Shown here one piece after another: positions 10,255 through 19,294 of a stretch of 64,000 nt of DNA. The position numbers and the translations under genes are program-made. Positions within the stretch are counted from its first letter, which is position 1; each line of letters begins with the position of its first letter. Where the stretch lies: positions 128,001 through 192,000 of the forward strand of contig CAYWJO010000001.1 in the NCBI GenBank assembly GCA_964458565.1, read 5' to 3'. A model generated the notes under the pieces. That model saw only the letters and a program-made list of their open reading frames with translations, did no database searches and was not told where the DNA came from. The DNA is from an uncultured archaeon (GTDB taxonomy: Archaea > Asgardarchaeota > Thorarchaeia > Thorarchaeales > Thorarchaeaceae).

Positions 10255-10977
10255 TTATCTGACTATGTCTATCTTTACTTGGCCCTTTGTTAGTTTGGAG
10301 AGATCATCATACAGACTCTGTCTTTGTGACGCCGGTAATTCTACTAGGCCAGTCCATGATCCATTTTGCTCCCAAGATTCGGATTTGATTATTCCAGCTG
10401 AGGCAACCATATTGTATCCCTTACCAGAGAAAGCAGCTGGAATCGTTATTTGCAGCTTCACACTCTCAAAGGAAATTGGTAGAATCACAAGTAAGGACTT
10501 TACAACGGTTTGAACCTGTTCTTCAACATCGATAAAAGGATTCACATGAATCTTGGCCTCTTCCATTGCTTGGCGAATCCGATCGGGAGGGTGTGGATGA
10601 CCAGTCTGCGGATTCATAGCACGTTTTGATATGTATGTGATTATTGCCTCAGTTTTCTCCGCCTCAAGCTGTTTCCGTTGTTCATGAGTTAGCTTGAATT
10701 CACCATGCTTGATTATCTCCTGAGCTATCTCAAAGATATCTGTTGAACCAAAATGATCTTCTAGCAACTCATCCTGAGCTCTCTCTCCACGTCTTGCATC
10801 TTCATACAGTTCATATGATTTGAGAATAGATTCAATTGGTATATCTTCTCCACGTCTATATTTGAAAGCCAAATCTGTGTCCACAAAAATCTCATAACGT
10901 AAATGCTCCCTCTTCAGACCAACCACTACTGCATCTAGGTCTAACCACTTTTCTCCGGACTTTCTCTCACCAGCCAA
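10255..10977 (-). CDS. sdo1: Ribosome maturation factor SBDS/Sdo1
   Basis: 'MNPQTGHPHPPDRIRQAMEEAK' signature. Confidence 0.95.
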   Translation of the reverse strand: MAGERKSGEKWLDLDAVVVGLKREHLRYEIFVDTDLAFKYRRGEDIPIESILKSYELYEDARRGERAQDELLEDHFGSTDIFEIAQEIIKHGEFKLTHEQRKQLEAEKTEAIITYISKRAMNPQTGHPHPPDRIRQAMEEAKIHVNPFIDVEEQVQTVVKSLLVILPISFESVKLQITIPAAFSGKGYNMVASAGIIKSESWEQNGSWTGLVELPASQRQSLYDDLSKLTKGQVKIDIVR

Positions 10978-10992
10978 TTATCAATTCATCTC

Positions 10993-11727
10993 CTAATCGT
11001 TTGATTTCGGACTCGTTGGGTTCAGGAAAGCATCAATCTCATTTGATTCCAGTTTTTTGTATTCCCCTGTTTTCAAAGGAATGTGAGCAATTTCAGTATT
11101 TTCTGTTGAGAATTCAGTGTCTGTTGCATTTCGTAATGTGTCAAGTGCAAGGTTTGTTGCTTGTTTTAGCGTCATCGTTTTCTTGTAATGTTTCAGAAGG
11201 TATTCTCCAGCAGCAGCAGCCCCACGGCCAATAACGGCTGCAAGGTATCCCCAATAAGTACCAACAGGATCAGTGACAAATAGTCTGGGAGAGTTATCAG
11301 GATCAACAGAACCTATAATCATGGCAACTCCATACGGACGCGCTCCACCACCTTGTGTGTATTGTGCCTTCACATCACATATATGTTCAGCTAGTGCTTC
11401 AGCTGGGATTAGTTCTTCATAGGTCAGCCAATAAGATTGAGCCTTTACTCTTGCCTCTTGAATTAACCTTCTAGCATCTGCCATGAAACCTGAGGTGGCT
11501 ACTCCGATGTGTGTATCAATCTTCGATATCTTCTCTACACTATCAGCCTCTTGGAGAGGAAGTACTCTCTTCTCTGCGAGTAAAACTACACCTTCCTTGC
11601 AGAGAACACCTATCGATGTGGCACCTTGCTCAACTGCTTTCTTTGCATATTCTGCTGCAAAGATACGACCTTCAGGGCTGAATATGCTTGTGGACATGTC
11701 ATATCCAGCGCCAGATACACCAAACAC
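10993..11727 (-). CDS. psmA: Proteasome alpha subunit
   Basis: GYDMSTSIFSPEGRIFAAEYA, YTQGGGARPYGV. Confidence 0.95.
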   Translation of the reverse strand: MFGVSGAGYDMSTSIFSPEGRIFAAEYAKKAVEQGATSIGVLCKEGVVLLAEKRVLPLQEADSVEKISKIDTHIGVATSGFMADARRLIQEARVKAQSYWLTYEELIPAEALAEHICDVKAQYTQGGGARPYGVAMIIGSVDPDNSPRLFVTDPVGTYWGYLAAVIGRGAAAAGEYLLKHYKKTMTLKQATNLALDTLRNATDTEFSTENTEIAHIPLKTGEYKKLESNEIDAFLNPTSPKSND

Positions 11728-11914
11728 GCGCTTTCCTCCAATTAGTCTGTCTGCGGCGCTCCGGAAGCTAGAACCTCATAAGAATGGGCGTAACCCAGCA
11801 ATTCCGGTCAGCTGAATCAAGACTATAATAGCAAGAGAGTATAATGTCTCTTTGCTTCATCGAGCTATCCTTGGTCAAGCCAATTAAAGCTTCTGGTAGG
11901 CATCTGAATCAGAA

Positions 11915-12316
11915 TCATTCTTGAAGTAGATAGAGATACCCAATAAATGCCAAAGATAAGACTCCGGTCGCCAATCCAACGCTATCGCCAAACATCATCC
12001 ACGATATTGCTACGACTATAATGAAAACAAGGATGATCTCAGTCCATCCAGCACGAATTCTTGTCATAAACAATCGAAGATTGATAGTTGTAGTAGTAAG
12101 AAACACAAAAGCGAGGAACATTGTGAACACTTCAATAACCGGTGCTAGTACCGGATTTACTGTATTTAACCATGTTACTGGAGTTGCTACTTCAGAAGCT
12201 GTCCACGCCCAAAATGCAATTGCAATAACGAGGAAAACTACTGTGAAGAATACTGTGATGACCGTTGATCTAACAATCTCGTCTCTTTCGGGGATGTCAT
12301 CGCTCACTTTCGTCAC
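11915..12316 (-). CDS. Small four-TM hypothetical membrane protein
   Basis: Four hydrophobic segments; no family recognised. Confidence 0.6.
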   Translation of the reverse strand: MTKVSDDIPERDEIVRSTVITVFFTVVFLVIAIAFWAWTASEVATPVTWLNTVNPVLAPVIEVFTMFLAFVFLTTTTINLRLFMTRIRAGWTEIILVFIIVVAISWMMFGDSVGLATGVLSLAFIGYLYLLQE

Positions 12317-12368
12317 ACCGACCTTTGCCCTCGAAAAATCTGTTCCTTACTTAAACGTAGCGACCGGT

Positions 12369-13547
12369 TCAAGTTTGTTCTCTTTTTGGGATAAATGTGA
12401 AAATTATCATCGCTGCTGCGAAATTCATTAACGCCTTAACAAAGAATGGAAGTTGAGGAGAGATTGTTATTAGAAATGCAGCGAGCAAGGGACCCACAAA
12501 TAGACTTGATCGAATGACCATTGAGAATAAACCCATCCTAGTAGCTCGTTCGGTTTTAGGATATAAGTTCGAGATAATCAATGGAGGGATTGCTGTGTCA
12601 ACAGTGTCTAAGGCAACCCAGATACAATACAAAAGAAGACTATAAACAGGATTGACAAATATTCCAAAAAGAGTGACCGTTATTGCTAAAGCAATCCATC
12701 CTGGTACAAGGGATGCCTTTATTCCAACACGGTCTATAAATAAACCGGATAGTAGACTAAACAAAGCAATAACAAGAGTTGATATCGATATCATTGTTCC
12801 ATATAGTAGAGCGTTGTCTTCTCCAAGAAATAATGGAACGTACCATGAGAGACCCTGAGATGAAATCCCATCCAGCGCAAAAGCTAAGACAATAACAAGC
12901 ATCAAGCTCTCAACCGAAAAAGACCTAGTTTTATCAGTCTCGGAGGATTGCAACTCTTCAATATCAGAGATTTCCTGAATTGGAATCAATGCAATCGCAG
13001 ATAGAGCTAGTCCTAATGCACCAATGAATAGCATCACTTCCAACTGACCTATGACGTAAAGGTATGCACCAATATAGACAGTGAGGGCAGGAGGGATTGA
13101 TGGGAGCACCCGTTCTGCAAACATATAGTTACGTGTCTTTTTCCTTGGTTGACTGCTTTCCATAAGTAACATTGATGCAGCAGGCAATCGAATTCCACCC
13201 CCTATGAAAACAAGGAGATACCCCATGATGGAGCCAATGATTATTGTAGTGAGGTCCGTTACTAACAGACGGAGAAAGAGAATGAACAGAGGACCAAAAA
13301 TAGATATCAATCTTCCTGCCATAATAAGAGCAGAGCGGCCTATTCTATCTGCGAGATGGCCTCCAATAGGATAGAATATCGCTGATGCTAATGCGACGAT
13401 TGAGAAGAATAGACCAACGAACGCAACAGAACTAAAGAGCTGTCCAAAATAATAGGGCATAAACATTATCCAGATACCATTCGCTGTAACTGCTATGGTG
13501 TTGCTAATCGTCATTGATAATACATTGTTCGTACCCTCTCTCTTCAT
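12369..13547 (-). CDS. MFS transporter
   Basis: About 12 TM segments; motif A 'GHLADRIGR' and 'GLFIDRVG'. Confidence 0.88.
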   Translation of the reverse strand: MKREGTNNVLSMTISNTIAVTANGIWIMFMPYYFGQLFSSVAFVGLFFSIVALASAIFYPIGGHLADRIGRSALIMAGRLISIFGPLFILFLRLLVTDLTTIIIGSIMGYLLVFIGGGIRLPAASMLLMESSQPRKKTRNYMFAERVLPSIPPALTVYIGAYLYVIGQLEVMLFIGALGLALSAIALIPIQEISDIEELQSSETDKTRSFSVESLMLVIVLAFALDGISSQGLSWYVPLFLGEDNALLYGTMISISTLVIALFSLLSGLFIDRVGIKASLVPGWIALAITVTLFGIFVNPVYSLLLYCIWVALDTVDTAIPPLIISNLYPKTERATRMGLFSMVIRSSLFVGPLLAAFLITISPQLPFFVKALMNFAAAMIIFTFIPKREQT

Positions 13548-13592
13548 GAAATTTTATCAATTAGGCGATGCATATTAATTATCACATTACTG

Positions 13593-14546
13593 TCAGTGAT
13601 CAGTTGAATGGTTGGGTGTACCGCCTTCAAGTGTAGTTTCGCGGAAGATCTCAACAGAGGAATATGACGGAGGAGGGATATCTTCCTCTGGGACCCTATT
13701 CCGATAAGACCGAATTTGTAGGGCGACAACATACGACATTGCTGCGACAATACCTGCAATTGCACTAGGTGATGCTCTGATAGCCAGTGAAGAAGCCAAT
13801 CCAATCATTTCTGAAAAGAGTGCAATGAAAAATACAGCAACCATTACTGAACGAACTGAATTGAAAATCTCATTGGATGCTGCTGCGGGTGCGACCAGAA
13901 TTGCAAAAACAAGAATAGCTCCAACAGCTTTTGTAGCAAGAGCAATAGCAAGAGCTGATGTTATGAGCATCAGATAATGATATGCACGTGCATTCATTCC
14001 ATGAGCCAATGAGCCTTCCATATCAACACTGACATAGATGAACTCCTTATTGAAAATTAAAGTGATAATCACCAGAAGGATTGCAATAGCTGCAAGAAGC
14101 ACAACATCTACGTAGCCAAGTAATAGAATATCTCCCACTAAGTATCCCCATACTTGTGGGACCTGAGTCGGAGGAATATAGTACATTAGAAATACTGCGA
14201 TACTCATAGATAAAGCAAAAGAAACTCCAACTGCAACCTCCATTCTTTGTGAGATTCCGGTTTCTCCTGCATAGCCTGTGACAATAGCCACAAAAACGCT
14301 GAAAATGAGTGCACCCATCATAGGATCAAACCAGGGTATAATACCAGAAGTCTGGAGGAATAAACCAAGAGCTGCACCCCCAAGAGCTGCATGAGCAACA
14401 CCTGCTGTCAGGAATGATAATCCTCTGAATACCAAAAATGTACCGCTACTTGATGCAACAAGGGCGATAAAAATGGACCCAATTATTGCACGGATAATGA
14501 AGGGAGAAGATAGAATCTCTTGAAAAATATCAATCATGGCGATCAA
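13593..14546 (-). CDS. znuB: Zn/Mn ABC transporter permease
   Basis: 'GVAHAALGG', 'YLVGDIL', 'VGAILVFAILVAPAAA'. Confidence 0.88.
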   Translation of the reverse strand: MIAMIDIFQEILSSPFIIRAIIGSIFIALVASSSGTFLVFRGLSFLTAGVAHAALGGAALGLFLQTSGIIPWFDPMMGALIFSVFVAIVTGYAGETGISQRMEVAVGVSFALSMSIAVFLMYYIPPTQVPQVWGYLVGDILLLGYVDVVLLAAIAILLVIITLIFNKEFIYVSVDMEGSLAHGMNARAYHYLMLITSALAIALATKAVGAILVFAILVAPAAASNEIFNSVRSVMVAVFFIALFSEMIGLASSLAIRASPSAIAGIVAAMSYVVALQIRSYRNRVPEEDIPPPSYSSVEIFRETTLEGGTPNHSTDH

Positions 14547-15333
14547 ATCCTGAGTCTCTTGTCACGCAATATCGATGACCCGCGTATTCAACTACTTTAG
14601 CAGTGGGGCCATAGACCTTTTTTAGAATCTCTGGATCCATTACATCACAGGGAGTCCCAATACCTACTATTGTGTTTTTCAAAAGAAGAACGTCGTGCAC
14701 ATAACTATGAATAGGATTCAAGTCATGAGTGATCATGATTATGTTCACATTGTTTTCCTTATGGAATTTGCCAAGAGCCTCTACTATCAAATCCTGACTT
14801 TCAGCATCAGTACCGGCCAAAGGCTCATCAAGAATCATCACAGACCCCTCACTTGCTAATGCTCTGGCAACAAGTACTCTCTGGCGTTGTCCACCTGATA
14901 ACTCTGGAAATGGACGATTCCAAAAATCTTCCATATGGACTTGTTTCAATGCGTTACGAGAGAGTTCTTTATCTTTTCCCGATGTAAATCTTGGTGGACT
15001 CTTCTTAAGTAAGCGGCCCATCAAAACTATATCTTTCACCTTAAGTGGTACGTTTTGCTCTATCCGGTCTTTCTGAGGTACGTACCTCACAAGTTTCCTA
15101 ATCTTTTGCGTTTCCTTGACAGAATCATATCCCATTATCTTGATGTACCCCTGAAGAGGAGTAAGTAATCCCAGGGCGGTTTTGACCAAGGTGCTTTTTC
15201 CTGACCCATTTGGTCCAATAATTGCTGTGAAACTTGGCGCATTGATACTGAAACTCACATTATGAAGAGCTAGCTCTCCATTTGGATATCTGACTGCAAG
15301 CCCATCGGCTTCAAACATCGGAGGTGATGACAT
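14530..15333 (-). CDS. znuC: Zn/Mn ABC transporter ATPase
   Basis: GPNGSGKST, YVPQ, LSGGQRQR, ITHDL. Confidence 0.88.
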   Translation of the reverse strand: MSSPPMFEADGLAVRYPNGELALHNVSFSINAPSFTAIIGPNGSGKSTLVKTALGLLTPLQGYIKIMGYDSVKETQKIRKLVRYVPQKDRIEQNVPLKVKDIVLMGRLLKKSPPRFTSGKDKELSRNALKQVHMEDFWNRPFPELSGGQRQRVLVARALASEGSVMILDEPLAGTDAESQDLIVEALGKFHKENNVNIIMITHDLNPIHSYVHDVLLLKNTIVGIGTPCDVMDPEILKKVYGPTAKVVEYAGHRYCVTRDSGFDRHD

Positions 15334-15466
15334 TAGAGTAACCTCAATCTATATGATTCAACAAACAAACAGATACAGTTTGTGATTCTTTAATAAGGTC
15401 CCCATTCAATAGGGTTTTTATCATTATCAACTGCTTACATTAAGTAGAAGATGGAGGTCTCGAATC

Positions 15467-16522
15467 TTGAATAAACACAAGTCGATAATCATCGTATTCT
15501 GCCTTTTCCTAGCTGGAATATATATTCAAGGTGCGACACAAGCTCAAACAACATCACTTTCAGTTGTTGTATCAATAGCACCACTTGCAGGGATTGTTCA
15601 AGAGGTTGGAGGTGAATTGATAGATACCTCTGTGATTATGCCTGAAGGTATTGAACCACATACCTTTACCTTAACACCTGAAGATGTGCTTCTAGCAGAA
15701 TCAGCAGACCTCCTAGTACTCACAGGTCATTTTACTTGGGAGGCGGATCTTCTTGAACAAGTAAATACTAGATTCATTACATTCGACAACCCGGAATCCA
15801 TAGCAAACTACAAGGATCAGGGAGCAAGATATTCCCCCATGCCAGGGCATCATGTGGAGGATAGTGAGTATGGTCATGAAGATGGAAACCCTCATGCATG
15901 GTGGATGTTACCTTCAAATGCACTTGCAATAGCAAACACAACAAAGATTGCACTGTCTTTATTGAATTCTACAGCCGCTGCAACTTGGAATGCAAATTTT
16001 GAGGAATTTGTCAGAGATATTGAAACATTTAATGATCTCATATCCACAATAGACGATGCCTATGGTTTCTCGAACATGCATGCAGTCACTGTTTTTCCAG
16101 CAGAGGCGTATGTTGCAGAAGCATTCGGAATAACAGTTACAGCTGTACTTCAGGTAGATCAGGTATTCATAGACGCAGCAGCACTATTAGAGGTTGAGGG
16201 GGGCTTACGGAATGGATCAATACAGTTGATATTAGGATCTGACGTAGCTCGATTGCAAACAGGTGGTCAATTTGCACTACAATTATCACAAGACTCTGGT
16301 ACTCCGCTGATTTGGTGGCAGACTCTCTTCTCTGATGGGCTCTCAGACTATCTAGCTATTATGACAATCAATTTGGGTGCTCTGACAACAGGATTAGATG
16401 AAGATGTAGGCCCAGCAACCTCCGAAGCTATTAACATTGTTCTGTTAGCGATAGTGGGAGTATTAGGAGTGATTGTTGTTATCGAAACTCTACTTATTGT
16501 ACTGAGAGCAAGAGTGGAGTGA
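15467..16522 (+). CDS. znuA: Zn/Mn ABC substrate-binding protein with C-terminal TM anchor
   Basis: Signal peptide, EPHTF, His-rich loop, NPHAW, C-terminal hydrophobic helix. Confidence 0.88.
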   Translation: MNKHKSIIIVFCLFLAGIYIQGATQAQTTSLSVVVSIAPLAGIVQEVGGELIDTSVIMPEGIEPHTFTLTPEDVLLAESADLLVLTGHFTWEADLLEQVNTRFITFDNPESIANYKDQGARYSPMPGHHVEDSEYGHEDGNPHAWWMLPSNALAIANTTKIALSLLNSTAAATWNANFEEFVRDIETFNDLISTIDDAYGFSNMHAVTVFPAEAYVAEAFGITVTAVLQVDQVFIDAAALLEVEGGLRNGSIQLILGSDVARLQTGGQFALQLSQDSGTPLIWWQTLFSDGLSDYLAIMTINLGALTTGLDEDVGPATSEAINIVLLAIVGVLGVIVVIETLLIVLRARVE

Positions 16523-16535
16523 GGAAACGTAGAGA

Positions 16536-16856
16536 TTACATCTCAACATTTGTGCCTAATCGCATATTGTAAATCTCAAACTCTAGACGTGTCAATTCAT
16601 CTTGAATCTGTGTGTACTGTTTTTCAAACTCGGTGGAGCCAAGAATTCCAGCTTTTTTTGCCTCTACGAGACGCTTGAGTTCTCTTTGCTTCTCTGAAAT
16701 CTGTCGTTTGAGCTCTTCCCATTTTTCTGGATCTGAATGTATAGATGAGTCCCAAGATGCACTGGAACCTTTCGTTTGATCAAGTTTTTGGACAATGTCA
16801 TTCAGTGAGTCACGAATCTTATCATTCGAATCAGTATCCTGAGAGTCCTTACTCAA
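16536..16856 (-). CDS. Small coiled-coil hypothetical protein (likely TTG start 16856)
   Basis: GGTGA RBS before the TTG; helical, charged sequence. Confidence 0.55.
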   Translation of the reverse strand: MSKDSQDTDSNDKIRDSLNDIVQKLDQTKGSSASWDSSIHSDPEKWEELKRQISEKQRELKRLVEAKKAGILGSTEFEKQYTQIQDELTRLEFEIYNMRLGTNVEM

Positions 16857-16914
16857 ACAAATCACCAGCAAACGAATCCAAGTAATTACCCGTTTTATGC
16901 ATTGAGATATATCG

Positions 16915-17841
16915 TTATTGAAGCAAGAATGGAAGTATTGGGACAAGTGGTAGGAATAGAAGAGTCCCGACAGTTACAATTGTTGCGGCATATCCTGAAT
17001 CCAAATCAAAATTTGAGGAGAGAACAACATTCAGCACAGCAGGTGGCATCATAGCCTCAAGAAGAATCACATCTCTTGTAGAATCTGTAAGGCTGAAGAG
17101 AGGTAGAATAAGAAGAATGATGAGAGGTACAATGAGTTGTCTGATAGAAATTGGTTCTAGTGTTGAGCGGATTGCTTCTATTGAGAACCGATTTCCAACT
17201 TCAAGGCCTACTACAAATAGAGCAAGATAGGTCACGGTTGGTCCGTTGAATGACAATAAGGGTACAATATCAGAAGGTAGAGAAAAGCCTACTAAGAGAA
17301 GGATAAGTGAGGGGATAGCTACAAGGAATGGGGGAAAAAGCAATGACTTCTTCATTGTGGTTCTATAGTCACTCTCCTGCTCGCCATACTTTGAGCCTAA
17401 GAAAGCACCAAATGTGGCAATAATGGTCATCTGGGCAACCGACCAAAATGCAAGAATGACTACACCAGAAGTACCAATGAACATTAGAATAAGAGGTAAT
17501 GGGAGAAATACGCCATTATTGAAAGTAACGCACAGGAGCATAGCACCTTGTTTTTTTGGTTCTAATTCGGACCTTTGAAGACGGAGATAAAGGATAGAAA
17601 AGCCCAGAAATTGAATGATTATTGTTAACGCTACAACAGCGGGGAGTTCAGTAATTGTGTCAATCTCAGCTGTAAGAAGAGCTTCAATCAATAGAAGAGG
17701 TAGTAGAATATTGATAACAAGCTTTGTGATTATTTTGGTCAAGTCATTAGATCTTTGTGATGCTTTTGCCACCAGAATCCCTAACAATATGACTACGTAG
17801 AAGAGACCTATTCGAATTACTAACTCTTCCACGGTTTGCAT
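16915..17841 (-). CDS. AEC (auxin efflux carrier) family transporter
   Basis: 'FNNGVFLPLPL' and 'LEAMMPPAV' motifs; about 10 TM. Confidence 0.85.
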   Translation of the reverse strand: MQTVEELVIRIGLFYVVILLGILVAKASQRSNDLTKIITKLVINILLPLLLIEALLTAEIDTITELPAVVALTIIIQFLGFSILYLRLQRSELEPKKQGAMLLCVTFNNGVFLPLPLILMFIGTSGVVILAFWSVAQMTIIATFGAFLGSKYGEQESDYRTTMKKSLLFPPFLVAIPSLILLLVGFSLPSDIVPLLSFNGPTVTYLALFVVGLEVGNRFSIEAIRSTLEPISIRQLIVPLIILLILPLFSLTDSTRDVILLEAMMPPAVLNVVLSSNFDLDSGYAATIVTVGTLLFLPLVPILPFLLQ

Positions 17842-17986
17842 TATAGCACCTTGAATGTTGCAATTGAGAGTCAGGGATGAAGTTATCGGAAGAGGTATAC
17901 TACATAAAGTACCGAAATCGTATACACCAGACTGTTTTTATTCACGCCAATCTAGGCGAAATGCGGATTGAATTTACTCTGAGGCA

Positions 17987-19078
17987 ATGTTTATGACAGT
18001 TGAACCAACATCTTTTGAAACTCCAGATTCACAGAAAGATGTAGTTTCAACAGGAAAATCAAGAGAAACATACTATGCATGGACTGGATTAATCATTTTT
18101 GCTATTGTTTATACAGTTTTGATTTACTTACTCGGTCCGCTTTTAGATAGATTCATTCTATTACCTGACCAAGGGGCAGATTGGTATTATTGGAAATTAC
18201 CAACTCGCAATGACTTTGCTATGCTTGTCACATGGTTTCTTTATTTGAGCCATCAATTCATAGTGTGGGTACTGATTTTCTTAGCTGCAAGAATTTACAA
18301 AGAATCTAACAGTACAAAACTGAGAGGATACAACTATGCAATGATTTTCACAACTATAGTCTTTTCACTACTACACTTAGCCCAGACCCATGTGAATTTC
18401 GATGGACTCGCACAGGATATCCCAATCTGGACAAGTCAAGGCTCTGTCATTGTAATGCTAGCTCTGGTTCTGGTTATGGAGAATCCTCGAAGAGGCCTTT
18501 TCCTAGGGAAGAAAGCCGGAAAACCCATGACAGCAAGAGTTGTTGGGGTTCTCCGTAGAAATCACAGTTACATCATTGCATGGGCTCTTGTCTATACATT
18601 TTGGTTTCACCCTGCTACAAGTGATCCACAGTTGTTGACTGGATTCATCTATATGATGTTATTATTCACCCAGATGTCACTTGCTTACACGGATGTTCAT
18701 CTCAGGGCAGGATGGATTGCATTTTTAGAGTCGTTTGTTGCAATTCATGCGTTCGTTGTTGCAATTAATAACACACTGAACCCACAGATTAACAGCGCAG
18801 ATATGTGGCCCATGTTCCTATCTGGTTTCGCATTTATGGTGGTCTTCACTTACATTTATGCATTCAAACCTAGAAAGGAGATTCGTGTATTCGCAGTACT
18901 TGCATACTTTGCAGGTTTAATATGGATATATCTTCCTGCACCCATTGGATATGGAAGGGACCCCATGCGAATAATGATGGTTGAGTTCCTATGGATTCCT
19001 ATTACACTATATCTGCTAGCTTATGTATTTGCAGGGTTTGGCTACATATACATAAAGATGAGAAAAAGGGAAACATGA
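17987..19078 (+). CDS. Multi-pass membrane protein of unknown function
   Basis: About 10 TM; motif-like segments DQGADWYYWKL, HLAQTH..FDGLAQD, YTFWFHP. Confidence 0.75.
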   Translation: MFMTVEPTSFETPDSQKDVVSTGKSRETYYAWTGLIIFAIVYTVLIYLLGPLLDRFILLPDQGADWYYWKLPTRNDFAMLVTWFLYLSHQFIVWVLIFLAARIYKESNSTKLRGYNYAMIFTTIVFSLLHLAQTHVNFDGLAQDIPIWTSQGSVIVMLALVLVMENPRRGLFLGKKAGKPMTARVVGVLRRNHSYIIAWALVYTFWFHPATSDPQLLTGFIYMMLLFTQMSLAYTDVHLRAGWIAFLESFVAIHAFVVAINNTLNPQINSADMWPMFLSGFAFMVVFTYIYAFKPRKEIRVFAVLAYFAGLIWIYLPAPIGYGRDPMRIMMVEFLWIPITLYLLAYVFAGFGYIYIKMRKRET

Positions 19079-19294
19079 ATGGAGTTCTTACCTTTTTCAA
19101 CTCCTGTTACCTATGCAATTCCCTTCAGTGTTGGCATAAAATCACCATGTAGACTATATGCAGGAAGACGATGAGTCTTAAGCACTCACGCGATTTTTCC
19201 CGGGGACAGGCTGCTGATAACAGTCAGGACAGAATAGTTATATCGACTCATCGGTCATTGCGGCCGTCAACACACCTCGAGGGAAGCGGTCCTT

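Noticed and set aside
15361-15390. ACAAAC-N7-GTTTGT inverted repeat as a metal-regulator operator between znuC and znuA
   Set aside because: The position is plausible, but 6-bp arms in AT-rich DNA with no second copy are too weak to call.
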